A model generated the notes under the pieces. The model did not search any database, was not told the DNA's origin, and saw only the letters and a program-made list of their open reading frames with translations. Of a stretch of 64,000 nucleotides of DNA, positions 40,069 through 49,274 are shown piece after piece (within the stretch, counting starts at the first letter, position 1; each line of letters opens with the position of its first letter). The DNA is taken from IMG/VR virus record IMGVR_UViG_2740892439_000009; one strand, 5' to 3'. Source of the DNA: a virus (Duplodnaviria > Heunggongvirae > Uroviricota > Caudoviricetes). A program made the position numbers and the translations under genes.

Positions 40069-40143
40069 GATGGTGTAGCTCAGCGGTAGAGCAGTTGGCT
40101 GTTAACCAACTGGTCGGTGGTTCGAATCCACCCACCATCGCCA
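40069..40143 (+). tRNA. tRNA-Asn (anticodon GTT)
   Basis: Acceptor GATGGTG/CACCATC, D-arm GCTC..GAGC, anticodon loop CTGTTAA, T-loop TTCGAAT, encoded CCA. Confidence 0.8.
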
Positions 40144-40148
40144 ATTTA

Positions 40149-40235
40149 GGGGAGTTAGTCCGTAGAGGTAGCGGTGTAGACTGTAAATCTACTGTCATTG
40201 CGACTCGGGTGGTTCGACTCCATCACTCCCCACCA
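40149..40235 (+). tRNA. tRNA-Tyr (anticodon GTA), long variable arm
   Basis: Acceptor GGGGAGT/ACTCCCC, anticodon arm GTAGA-CTGTAAA-TCTAC, T-loop TTCGACT, CCA. Confidence 0.75.
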
Positions 40236-40239
40236 AATT

Positions 40240-40315
40240 GCCGGTTTAGCTCAGTTGGTAGAGCGCTGCCTTGTAAGCAGGATGTCAGCGGTTCGAGTCC
40301 GCTAACCGGCACCAA
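40240..40315 (+). tRNA. tRNA-Thr (anticodon TGT)
   Basis: Acceptor GCCGGTT/AACCGGC, D-arm GCTCAGTTGGTAGAGC, loop CTTGTAA, T-arm AGCGG-TTCGAGT-CCGCT, CCA. Confidence 0.7.
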
Positions 40316-40538
40316 TACAACGATAAGATCATTACGGTTAATCGTCGTTCATGTGCACAATGACTGGTCGAAAGGTAGTGATCTTACCGTTGTGGTGGAT
40401 TCGCAGACTGATGCGATAGCTTTCTTGGATGTTAGGGAAATGCGGCCGCAAATCTTCCCTTTCGCGAGCGGTGATCGTCCGTAGTCCTAATTGGCTGCAC
40501 CGTATGCCGGAGATTCAGTACCGGCCACCACAACGGCC

Positions 40539-40625
40539 GGAGAGTAGGGAGCATGGTGCTCAAGCGGTCTTGAAAACCGTCCCATTGCGCAAGCGATGAT
40601 GGTTCGATTCCATTACTCTCCGCCA
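40539..40625 (+). tRNA. tRNA-Ser (anticodon TGA), long variable arm
   Basis: Acceptor GGAGAGT/ACTCTCC, anticodon loop CTTGAAA, T-loop TTCGATT, CCA. Confidence 0.75.
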
Positions 40626-40628
40626 GAC

Positions 40629-40696
40629 ACAGCGTTGAGCGGTTTGGCCTTTTAATCAACTCGATTAAGACTCCGCTAACATAAACCAGACCGCTC
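40629..40696. terminator. Long inverted repeat ACAGCGTTGAGCGGT / ACCGCTCAACGCTGT
   Basis: 15-bp arms separated by about 38 nt between the tRNA cluster and convergent minus-strand genes. Confidence 0.45.
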
Positions 40697-40779
40697 AACG
40701 CTGTGATAGACAATTACGGCAGACGTTCTTAACCATAGCTTGCTAACATCCTAGCAACACTTTTTTCAGCGCAAAATTC

Positions 40780-40803
40780 AAAGGGGCTTCGGCCCCTTTT
40801 CTT
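40780..40803. terminator. Bidirectional rho-independent terminator
   Basis: AAAGGGGC ttcg GCCCCTTTT flanked by T/A runs on both strands. Confidence 0.6.
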
Positions 40804-42014
40804 CAAAAAAGTTTTATAAATTCATAATTCTGGTCAATTAAGGATTCAATACACACCATGCAAAAATCTACATCGTCAAAATCAGGTGTGTAATATTCAT
40901 CCTCATAACATTCATTTAGACCTTCAATCAATTTTTCTTTAAAAACTCCCCACGTTTCAATATGAACCATTTCCATATAAGGCGCATGTGTATGTGCTTG
41001 CAATACATCCCAGGTGTCTATAACCTCGATCCGCGGCTTGCAATTAATTTTTTCTAAATATGCCTTCCCAGAATTGTAAATTTTCGACATTGATGCCCCA
41101 AAACCTGATGGTTGGTAATGAGTGTAAATGTCATAAATTTTTTGTCCTATTCTAGGGAGTTGAGAAGCATTGGATATTTGTGGCGAATGAAAGTATCGCT
41201 CTATGGAAGAAAACGCAGAAACATTAACTAGAGTAATCGTATATGGCGCTAAAGTTCTCTCATTCAAATTTCTACATAAAATAGCAAACCCATGGCTATT
41301 AGTCTTTTCACCGTCTGAGGACATTTTTGCCATGCTGGCTTTAATAACATTCAATTTCGAATGTAAACGAGAAGTTGAAGTCGGTTTATTATACATTTCA
41401 TCATCATACAAACATATATGAAACCCACCAAGATGACGAAATGAGAACTTGAGTGCTTCTTCCGCAATAACTAATTTATTAATATCTAAAGGAGTAAGTG
41501 ATACGTTACCTTGTAAATCATAGCAAGGTTCTAAACATAGAAAGTTTTTCTTCTGCCACACGATCATATTAAAAATAAAGTGTCTAACCAGGGGTGGCCA
41601 GTCAGGTGATATAAGTACATTGGTAATATCTCCATCAGACAAGTATGACAAGTAACTTTTTAGTTCCGCAGCATATGCCACCAACTCAGTTCCAGCTTCC
41701 CTTGTTGGTGTTGAAAAGTTTTTTAACTCAATAAGAACTAAGGATTCATTCTCTGTTGAATAAGCAACAACATCAGGTCTTAATATCTCAGATTTTGTTG
41801 CTGAGATATTCTCATCATCTGTCATTAAATGTAACAATGTTATGTTCTTTAAACAAAACTGATAACTCTCCTTAATTTTTTTCTCTTCGGGTCTTTTCGG
41901 ATTAAATTCGTTTAATTTATCAATATTGATGATTGAATTATATAATCCATCTTGATCAGATAATTTGTCAATTATCCAATTTTGCATTTCCTTTTCGCTT
42001 AAAAATATTGACAC
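40803..42014 (-). CDS. Candidate defence effector: 403-aa protein with putative PD-(D/E)xK nuclease motif
   Basis: RPDVVAY ... LVLIELK arrangement in N-terminal third; GTG start preceded by GGGAG; markedly AT-rich. Confidence 0.5.
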   Translation of the reverse strand: MSIFLSEKEMQNWIIDKLSDQDGLYNSIINIDKLNEFNPKRPEEKKIKESYQFCLKNITLLHLMTDDENISATKSEILRPDVVAYSTENESLVLIELKNFSTPTREAGTELVAYAAELKSYLSYLSDGDITNVLISPDWPPLVRHFIFNMIVWQKKNFLCLEPCYDLQGNVSLTPLDINKLVIAEEALKFSFRHLGGFHICLYDDEMYNKPTSTSRLHSKLNVIKASMAKMSSDGEKTNSHGFAILCRNLNERTLAPYTITLVNVSAFSSIERYFHSPQISNASQLPRIGQKIYDIYTHYQPSGFGASMSKIYNSGKAYLEKINCKPRIEVIDTWDVLQAHTHAPYMEMVHIETWGVFKEKLIEGLNECYEDEYYTPDFDDVDFCMVCIESLIDQNYEFIKLF

Positions 42015-42040
42015 TAATTAGGCTCCCGTTAAACCAAAAA

Positions 42041-42862
42041 TTAAAAATCTTGCTTTACTTTATCCATGGTCAGAATTTTGCTAATAATTGAAGATTCAAA
42101 TCCATCTAAACCTGAGAGAAAGTTAATTAGCTTTTGGATATGTTGTTCTTTAGGTATAAGTATATATTTTATATCATTGAACTCAAAATCAATGCCAAAC
42201 TTTGAAAATTCTGAGCTAATTTTTGCTTTGTCATCAGAAGTGATAACACGCTCCAAACTCAGACTAGGCCATAAATCACCAATAAAAGGAGCTGGCACAT
42301 AACGCCACTCTTTCTCGTCTGCATATATATAATTCTCTATTGTTTTATTATCTTTTCGCTCTAGCTTGCCTCTGTAATTTTTCATATAACGCAGTAAATT
42401 ATATAGATCAGAGTATTCTGCTTTCAATTTCTCAAACTCTATTCTGTTTTTGGTATCTAAATTTCCTCTAGCCTTCCAAAGCGGCACCAACTTATTTTTA
42501 ATAAGTCGAATTCTGGCATTGTATTTAGAAAATATTTCACTACTCTTATTCATATATAGAACTGGGTGTAGACCTTTCTTTTCCGCCCAAGACTTAGTTA
42601 GCCCAAGACCGAATTCTCCATATTTTCCGCTATGATCTCTGATTTGTGATAGTTTTATGTCACAAAACGATACCATTGGTACTGCAAACCTCCTACGTCC
42701 CCCGACTCCTCTTATTTCCTCGCGAGCAAGAAATGGTTTAAAATATTTCTCAGCCAATATGCTATAGAAAGCATCTTCGTTTTTTGTAAAATGAAACAAC
42801 GTGGTTGGATGAAGACTATAAACAGATTCAACATTCGCATCAGGATTTTCAAGGATAGTCAT
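42041..42862 (-). CDS. Candidate defence partner protein (about 273 aa from ATG; track ORF extends to 42907)
   Basis: ATG (MTILENPD) preceded by AGGTG; LFHFTK...YG.FGLGL motifs; AT-rich; co-oriented 26 bp upstream of the 403-aa gene. Confidence 0.5.
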   Translation of the reverse strand: MTILENPDANVESVYSLHPTTLFHFTKNEDAFYSILAEKYFKPFLAREEIRGVGGRRRFAVPMVSFCDIKLSQIRDHSGKYGEFGLGLTKSWAEKKGLHPVLYMNKSSEIFSKYNARIRLIKNKLVPLWKARGNLDTKNRIEFEKLKAEYSDLYNLLRYMKNYRGKLERKDNKTIENYIYADEKEWRYVPAPFIGDLWPSLSLERVITSDDKAKISSEFSKFGIDFEFNDIKYILIPKEQHIQKLINFLSGLDGFESSIISKILTMDKVKQDF

Positions 42863-42938
42863 TTTACACCTTGTGGAAAGCCAGTTTAGTTCTGTAAATA
42901 GTATCACACGACAGGCGGCTATTCTTCTATCAATAAAT

Positions 42939-42955
42939 GATAGGTAAGCACTTAC
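42939..42955. promoter_or_regulatory. Palindrome GATAGGTAAGCACTTAC in divergent control region
   Basis: GTAAG..CTTAC inverted repeat, motif family. Confidence 0.35.
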
Positions 42956-43151
42956 TTTTTACGCACGTTAACTGTATAGTTCTTTCGGATACTCACTTGA
43001 AAGGACTCAATATGGGAAATAAATGTAAACATGCGCGTCGCGCATCTCGTCAGGTGCAGAAGTCAAATCCATACATTCACGAGCACTACCACCTCAGCTC
43101 TTTCACTAACCGCTACACGTTCCCCAGCGAAGCGCATAACGAGGCAAAGCA

Positions 43152-43397
43152 ATGACGATCACTATCTATGGACGAGATAACTGCTCATACTGCAAACGTG
43201 CGGTCGAACTGGCGAAGCAACTAAAGGGACATGGCTACGGTGATTATGAGTACATCGACATCACAACTGCCGGTCTCGACAAAGAAAAACTAAGTGAAAT
43301 TGTTGGTAAATCGGTAGAGACAATCCCCCAAGTGCTGATCGATGGCCAACCGATTGGCGGATACACAGAACTGGCTGCATACGTCAGCACCCTCTGA
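43152..43397 (+). CDS. Glutaredoxin-like protein
   Basis: CSYC redox motif at N-terminus; 81 aa. Confidence 0.65.
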   Translation: MTITIYGRDNCSYCKRAVELAKQLKGHGYGDYEYIDITTAGLDKEKLSEIVGKSVETIPQVLIDGQPIGGYTELAAYVSTL

Positions 43398-43403
43398 TTT
43401 TAA

Positions 43404-43426
43404 CGGCTCACAGGAGCCGTTTTTTA
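43404..43426 (+). terminator. Rho-independent terminator
   Basis: CGGCTC acag GAGCCG followed by TTTTTT. Confidence 0.6.
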
Positions 43427-43468
43427 TTCCCACCAAACTCACTCCTGTTTCCCTTAAAATTCAAAAAA

Positions 43469-43501
43469 AAAACGTCTAAATGATTCCATACCTACTATGT
43501 A
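43469..43501. other. lox/FRT-like candidate recombination core: 13-bp perfect inverted repeats around a 7-bp spacer
   Basis: AATGATTCCATAC ctactat GTATGGAATCATT, about 110 bp upstream of the tyrosine recombinase gene. Confidence 0.45.
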
Positions 43502-43609
43502 TGGAATCATTACTGAAAATGAGTTACTTTTACTCTTGATCCTATAAGAATCTATGCCTAATATACTGTTTACTTATACAGTGCATCGGCGTAACTCGGT
43601 GATTGTCAT

Positions 43610-44713
43610 ATGAAAAATAGCTTTGACAGAGCACGCGCTGCGGAGAACACCTCAAAAGAGGCGATAGAGTATCTCGAAAGAGCATCTCAAATGCAGGCCG
43701 TTATGATCTCGCAGGTTAGCAATGACATGAGATTCTCGGACGCATTCATGTTATTCACTCGCTTATCTCTGCTGATAACCAGACGTCGGCCAGAGATCGC
43801 TGTTCATTGTATTTTGATACATGTTTTGCCGCACATTGCCGATGTAAAAGTAAGTGACATTAATAGGTTCATGGTGAACCAACTGGTCAACCCACTAATA
43901 CTGGATGGCAAAATTGTTATGGGCCGCCGCGTTTTCTCTCTGATGAAGCAGTTCCTTAGCTGGTGCGCCTTCCAGGGGATGATAGACGTGTCACCGTTAA
44001 ACGATATGTCACTTAACAAAGTTGCCGGTGGCGCAAAGCCCACACCTCGCGAGCGGAAGCTGACCGACGCAGAGGTATGGGTGTTCTGGAATATATGGGA
44101 CTACTTCAATGTGTGCGCTGGTACAAAATGGGCGGCCAGGCTGTGTCTTGTATCAGCAAGACGACCTGATGAAGTACTGCGGGCTAAAAAAAGTGAGTTC
44201 AATCTTAAGCGTGGGGTTTGGAATCAAGGCAAAAGAAACAAGTCAGCACGTGAGCATTCGCTGCCTTTAAGCACATTAATGCGCACATGCATTGAAGAGT
44301 TGTTCGAATACGGTAAAGACAGCCAGTGGCTCGTGCCTTCGAATAAAAAAATCGGGAAAGACCTTCCTATGTCTAAAGTGGCAATAGCCCAGGCATTACG
44401 TCGTATTCTGGAACGACCAGAACTGATGGAGCTTGAGCCATTTACACCCCGAGATTTGCGCCGTACTGCGCGTAGTTACTTCCCAGCATTAGGCATAAGC
44501 CAGGAGGTATCACGCAAAATCATGAACCACAGTCTTGAGGGGATAGATCGGGTCTACGACCGGCACGATTATATGGACGAGATGCGAGACGCCTTAGAAA
44601 GTTTCTCGACGTACATCGCATCAATCGTAGAGCAACCGGATTTAGACGAAATTGACCACAAATTCAAGGGAGATCGTCTATCAACAGAGCTTATTCGTGT
44701 AAATTTTTCATAG
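43610..44713 (+). CDS. int: Tyrosine recombinase (integrase/resolvase family)
   Basis: C-terminal R...H..R...Y pattern (DLRRTARSYF, MNHSLEG, VYDRHDY). Confidence 0.7.
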   Translation: MKNSFDRARAAENTSKEAIEYLERASQMQAVMISQVSNDMRFSDAFMLFTRLSLLITRRRPEIAVHCILIHVLPHIADVKVSDINRFMVNQLVNPLILDGKIVMGRRVFSLMKQFLSWCAFQGMIDVSPLNDMSLNKVAGGAKPTPRERKLTDAEVWVFWNIWDYFNVCAGTKWAARLCLVSARRPDEVLRAKKSEFNLKRGVWNQGKRNKSAREHSLPLSTLMRTCIEELFEYGKDSQWLVPSNKKIGKDLPMSKVAIAQALRRILERPELMELEPFTPRDLRRTARSYFPALGISQEVSRKIMNHSLEGIDRVYDRHDYMDEMRDALESFSTYIASIVEQPDLDEIDHKFKGDRLSTELIRVNFS

Positions 44714-45094
44714 AGACTTTATGGCCTCAACAACCTTTTGTGATGCGCCTTTCTCTTTACCGAATCGCTCGTTATATGCAGCAAGAACCTGTTTTTCGTC
44801 CTCGTTAAGAGGAGCGGTGCCTTCTTTGTATAAAAATGCTGCGAGTTCAGGTTGGCGTTCTTCCAGCACCATCATCATAAGACGACTTGGCTCAATACCC
44901 AGCGCCAGCGCCAACGGACGAACCTTATCGATAGGCAAAGGAATTTTGCCACTTTTAATTAAAGAAAGGTTGTTGGCATTTTTATAACCAATAAGTCTGG
45001 CTATTTGGGCCTGACTCATAGGTGAGGATTCAATCAGCCCTGCGATAAAAGCAGCATAGCGACTTTCTATAAATTCAATCTTGTTGTCAGACAT
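44708..45094 (-). CDS. XRE-family HTH transcriptional regulator (repressor-like)
   Basis: HTH segment SQAQIARLIGYKNANNLSLIKSG. Confidence 0.6.
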   Translation of the reverse strand: MSDNKIEFIESRYAAFIAGLIESSPMSQAQIARLIGYKNANNLSLIKSGKIPLPIDKVRPLALALGIEPSRLMMMVLEERQPELAAFLYKEGTAPLNEDEKQVLAAYNERFGKEKGASQKVVEAIKSL

Positions 45095-45126
45095 TGTTAC
45101 AACCTTTGCGCGTTCAATTCTCTCTG

Positions 45127-45140
45127 GTAAGTGCTTACCG
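45127..45140. promoter_or_regulatory. Palindrome GGTAAGTGCTTACC upstream of the regulator gene
   Basis: Perfect 14-bp palindrome in divergent intergenic region. Confidence 0.4.
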
Positions 45141-45345
45141 ATATTACATCAAAGGTTAGGGTTGTAAAGCTATTATCATTTTTTTCGATAGGCACTTAAA
45201 AGACCGGTTAAAGGCCATTGCACGGAGAAAAATTAGCCCAAAATAGGTAAGAAAATTAACTTGCATATGATATGAATGTATTCAGTATTGATATAGATTT
45301 TAGTAGTATTCCTTACCATAGTATAAGTTAGAATGGATTGATTGA

Positions 45346-45558
45346 ATGAACACCACTATTCCCAGCCTAATCGCTCTTGAGATCGGACACGTACAGAAAT
45401 TAGCTGATGAGTGTGTAGCTGACATCCTCACCGATCTACCGAATGAGCAGATTCAGGTTGGTGTGAATGACACAACTGGCTTTATATTCGAACTTAACAA
45501 CAAACGCTTCACGCTTCTCAATACCGGCTCCGGGTCTTTAGCCGTCAGAATCTGTTAA
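45346..45558 (+). CDS. Small hypothetical protein divergent from regulator
   Basis: 70-aa ORF. Confidence 0.35.
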   Translation: MNTTIPSLIALEIGHVQKLADECVADILTDLPNEQIQVGVNDTTGFIFELNNKRFTLLNTGSGSLAVRIC

Positions 45559-45656
45559 CCCCTCTTCTCCCTGCGCGAATGGCTTAGTTCCCTGTTCGCG
45601 CAGTGCTACATTAAACACACTAGTAAATAATTTGTTTTCATAACAAAGGATTAGCC

Positions 45657-47036
45657 ATGTCTAAAAAACGTTCCATCAAAGAGGTTCAGGACTTCCGTGA
45701 CAGTGTAAAACGAGTAGTCGCTCTCCTTTCAGGTAAAAACATCCCTGTTGCAGAACGAGGGGACGACGCTTATGTACGCTATAACGATGATGGAGAGCCA
45801 ATTCTCGTAAACATCCCATCAATCCCGGATAACGCAACACCGGCATTGATGAATGCTGTGCGCGGATTTCTCGATCATGAGGTTGCTCACATTTTGTTTA
45901 CCGATATTCGTGTGTCCAACAAAATGAGAGAAAAAGGACGCGTTCCTTCCTGGTCGCTATGGAATGCCTTAGAAGACGTGTTCATCGAGCGAAAAATGGG
46001 GCAGGTCTTTAACGGAACAAGACGTAATCTGATGGCAACTCAGCGCCTTATAATCGAAAAAGTCTTTAAACCAAAGGCTTCAGAGGCTATTGCTTATTGT
46101 GGCAAAGATCAGCGCGCGCTTTTTCTAAACTTCTTTCTCTGTCCGGTTGTAAGAGCCTGGGATGGCCAAGCACCGTTCGTAGATTTCATGGATGAATATT
46201 GGCCTGTCATTGAGAAACCAATTTCATTATTAAAAGAACATGGTATCGATGTGGCCGTGCGTAACATGTCTTGCACCGAGGATTGTGTAAAGGTGGCTGC
46301 GACCATAGCTAAGATCCTCAAAGACACTGAAAGTGAAAGCAAAGGTAAGGAGTCAGCTCCGGGAAAAACTTCCGATCCTTCAGACGCTGACCAGACGGAT
46401 GCCTCTGGAGAAAACAATGAAGACAACGAAGATCATGAGACACCCTCATCGTTAGATAATCACAAATCTATCGAATCAGAATCACATAGTAAGCACAAAC
46501 ATGATAATAACGACAGCGATGATTCAGATAATTCTGAATCATCAGAAACAATATTCGATGATACAGAAAATGATAAAGAGGTATCAGATTCTGATGCTTC
46601 TGATAACGCGGCGTCAGAATCATTAACCGCTGACCACGAAAAAAGAAAAACGACAGAAGACGGCTCTTCAGATATCCCAACTCCGTCAAAAATGAGTCTG
46701 GAAGAGGCTTTAGAGGAGCTGGATAGCATAGAAGATGAAGTCGGAGGCATGACAGAAGATGCTCTATCCGAAACGATTAAAAGCGAGTTAACAGAAAGCT
46801 CGAAAAGCGAATACAGGCCATACAATCGCTCATACGACTTCATCGGCTCGATTGATCAGGCAGAAGCCATATCAAACGGCTTATTAAAACATTCTCCGAT
46901 ATTGATTTGGGAGGATATCCAATCAGCCGCTATCGCATCGTTCCTGAAGGCAACCAGCTCTTCGACAAATATATTGAAAAGCATCTTTCGTCAGGTGTTT
47001 CGTCGACGCTGGCAAAAGACCTGGAGCGAGCAATAG
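45657..47036 (+). CDS. CobT-like protein, N-terminal segment with acidic Ser/Asp-rich linker
   Basis: Long acidic low-complexity tract; continues into vWA segment in another frame. Confidence 0.45.
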   Translation: MSKKRSIKEVQDFRDSVKRVVALLSGKNIPVAERGDDAYVRYNDDGEPILVNIPSIPDNATPALMNAVRGFLDHEVAHILFTDIRVSNKMREKGRVPSWSLWNALEDVFIERKMGQVFNGTRRNLMATQRLIIEKVFKPKASEAIAYCGKDQRALFLNFFLCPVVRAWDGQAPFVDFMDEYWPVIEKPISLLKEHGIDVAVRNMSCTEDCVKVAATIAKILKDTESESKGKESAPGKTSDPSDADQTDASGENNEDNEDHETPSSLDNHKSIESESHSKHKHDNNDSDDSDNSESSETIFDDTENDKEVSDSDASDNAASESLTADHEKRKTTEDGSSDIPTPSKMSLEEALEELDSIEDEVGGMTEDALSETIKSELTESSKSEYRPYNRSYDFIGSIDQAEAISNGLLKHSPILIWEDIQSAAIASFLKATSSSTNILKSIFRQVFRRRWQKTWSEQ

Positions 47037-47764
47037 CAAGCAGAAACAGAGTTCAGTTTATACCGGGCCAGCGTCGGGGGCGCATTCATGGTTCTAGTAT
47101 CTACAGATTAGCAATGAATGATGATCGCGTGTTTCGTAAAAAAGAAGAATCTAAAGCCGTTAACGCCTGTGTTCAACAAGTGATTGATTTATCAGGTTCA
47201 ATGAGTGGTATAACGATACAATTGGCTCTTGCAAGTGCATATACCATCGCCGATGCCCTTGATCGAATAAATGTTCCCAACATTATCACCGGCTTCACTA
47301 CATTTGGTAGTCATATGGCGGCAGGAGAACTTAAGGCTGTCAAGTATGAGTTCTCTCGCTTTGAATCTTTAATGCTACCTATCATCAAAAATTGGAATGA
47401 AAAGGTAAATTCTCGCGAAGTTCGCTCACGTATGGGGTGCGTAGGCTACACATTCCCACTTCTTAATAACGTGGATGGTGAAAGCATAGCCAGCCTTGCA
47501 TCGTTATTTTCCGGTCGCATGGAGGACAGGAAGATCATGCTTGTTCTGAGTGACGGCGCGCCGTGGGCTGTTGGGAGAGGTTTTGACGCTCATTTGCGTT
47601 CGGTTGCGAAGCAAATTGAAACGCAGACTGACATTGATTTGATGGCAATTGGCATCATGACTGACGCACCGGAGAGATTTTACTCAAATCATGCCCTGGT
47701 AACGAGCGTTGATAGTCTTGGTTCATCTGTAGTTACTGAACTATCTCGTATCATTTTGAAGTGA
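46907..47764 (+). CDS. von Willebrand factor A domain segment (CobT-like C-terminus)
   Basis: MIDAS motif VIDLSGSMSG; overlaps previous ORF by 130 nt in a different frame. Confidence 0.55.
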   Translation: MGGYPISRYRIVPEGNQLFDKYIEKHLSSGVSSTLAKDLERAIASRNRVQFIPGQRRGRIHGSSIYRLAMNDDRVFRKKEESKAVNACVQQVIDLSGSMSGITIQLALASAYTIADALDRINVPNIITGFTTFGSHMAAGELKAVKYEFSRFESLMLPIIKNWNEKVNSREVRSRMGCVGYTFPLLNNVDGESIASLASLFSGRMEDRKIMLVLSDGAPWAVGRGFDAHLRSVAKQIETQTDIDLMAIGIMTDAPERFYSNHALVTSVDSLGSSVVTELSRIILK

Positions 47765-47780
47765 ATAAAACAGCCTTAAT

Positions 47781-47802
47781 GATAAGTAACCACTTACGAT
47801 AG
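47781..47802. promoter_or_regulatory. Intergenic inverted repeat GATAAGTAACCACTTACGATAG
   Basis: TAAGT / ACTTA arms. Confidence 0.35.
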
Positions 47803-47859
47803 TTAATGGTATATTTATATAAGAAGTTGAACGCTCATTAGAGAACAAAGGAAAAACGC

Positions 47860-49095
47860 ATGACGACTACTGCACTGCAAAATGAAAAAAATCATTCTGA
47901 TTACCTTGTTTGCAAGTGGTGCGGCAAATCATTTCACTATTTTAAGTCCCATGTAGCCAATGGTAATTGCGAGGGCATTCCTGAGTCAGTAAAAGATGCC
48001 GATCCTGACACCGTACTGAAAATGTACACAACGCAGTTTCCAGATGAACCAACGCTATCGAAAAAGGCACTTGATGCAATTCAAGCTAAACGTGCCGAGC
48101 AAAAAAGCGAAATGGCCAAATCTTCTAGCTTGACCAGTAGCCCTGGCTACACAGGCACAGTTGAGTACAAGACAGATCTGGTCGCAGCTCACGAACTGCT
48201 AAACGTAACGGTGGAAGAACTCGGAACAAAACGTGGGACGCCGCTCATGGTTAGCGTCAACGTCAATACGCCGTATCCAGAGTTCGTTCCCGAAGTGAAG
48301 AAAGGCTACGTATATGGCGACTTCGAACTGATCAAAGATATTTTCATGATGCTTGAACTTGGCATACCTGGCTATTTGTGGGGTCATGCAGGAACAGGCA
48401 AATCGTCATTGCCTACACAGCTATGTGCTTTGCTCAATCGTCCGTTGATCCGTGCCCAACATACAGCATCAATGGAAGAGGCACATGTTACGGGGCAAAT
48501 TCTGGCGCGTGATGGCTCTACGTATTTCGAACCTGGCTTGCTTGCGCTCGCAATGAAGCATGGCTGGGTTTACCTCGCGGATGAATACGACTTTGCGTTT
48601 CCACAAATTCTTGGCGTGTATCAGCCAGTGCTGGAAGGTGAAGCGTTAGTCATCAAAGAGGCGACTCCAGAATGGCGTCGCATTACTCCGCATGAACGGT
48701 TTGCTTTCATTGGCACTGGCAACACGAACGGATCTGGTGATGAAACCGGCTTGTACCAGGGTACAAACATCCAGAACGCCGCGAACTTTTCGCGTTTTGG
48801 CATCGTTTCGAATGTGAAATACATGAGCAAAGACGCAGAGATCAACATGTTGATAAATGCCGGTATCGTGGATGAATACGCAGAAAAGATGGTTAAGTTT
48901 GCCGGTATCGTTCGCGATGGATACGAAGAACACCTTATCAGTCAGCCAATTGGCCCTCGTGAACTTTTGTTGTCGGCCAAGATTGGAATGATGCGAGGCG
49001 ACTTTGTGACAGGTATTGAGCGTTCTTTCATTAACAAACTCCCTTCAGCTTCTGCACAAGCGGCTCGTGAAGTTGTTCAAAAAATATTTGGTTGA
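47860..49095 (+). CDS. AAA+ ATPase, CobS/MoxR-like
   Basis: Walker A GHAGTGKSS; Walker B-like VYLADEYD. Confidence 0.6.
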   Translation: MTTTALQNEKNHSDYLVCKWCGKSFHYFKSHVANGNCEGIPESVKDADPDTVLKMYTTQFPDEPTLSKKALDAIQAKRAEQKSEMAKSSSLTSSPGYTGTVEYKTDLVAAHELLNVTVEELGTKRGTPLMVSVNVNTPYPEFVPEVKKGYVYGDFELIKDIFMMLELGIPGYLWGHAGTGKSSLPTQLCALLNRPLIRAQHTASMEEAHVTGQILARDGSTYFEPGLLALAMKHGWVYLADEYDFAFPQILGVYQPVLEGEALVIKEATPEWRRITPHERFAFIGTGNTNGSGDETGLYQGTNIQNAANFSRFGIVSNVKYMSKDAEINMLINAGIVDEYAEKMVKFAGIVRDGYEEHLISQPIGPRELLLSAKIGMMRGDFVTGIERSFINKLPSASAQAAREVVQKIFG

Positions 49096-49274
49096 TCGTG
49101 CGTAAAGGATGTTTCGGCTCTCTTATCGCTGCTTCTGAAACTGGTAAGGCTTGTCTGGTGTGTCCAGACAAGCCCGATTGTCACCAATCAGCAAAAGAAG
49201 TTGCGATTTCGATGCATGGGAAGTTCGTAGCTTCCCCAATGACAAAATCAAAAAAACCAGAAAGGTAAAAACAC

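Noticed and set aside
40095-40713. ORFs 40095-40484 (+) and 40432-40713 (-) across the tRNA cluster
   Set aside because: They overlap four well-folded tRNA genes and have no ribosome-binding site context; the tRNA interpretation explains the sequence better
43610-44713. Tyrosine recombinase as part of an insertion sequence or transposon
   Set aside because: No terminal inverted repeats or target-site duplication flank the gene; a nearby lox-like core site fits a site-specific recombination role better
40069-44713. tRNA plus integrase adjacency as a prophage attL/attR junction within this window
   Set aside because: The tRNAs are intact with encoded CCA, are separated from the recombinase by 3 kb of genes, and phage-type genes continue on both sides with no host-like sequence
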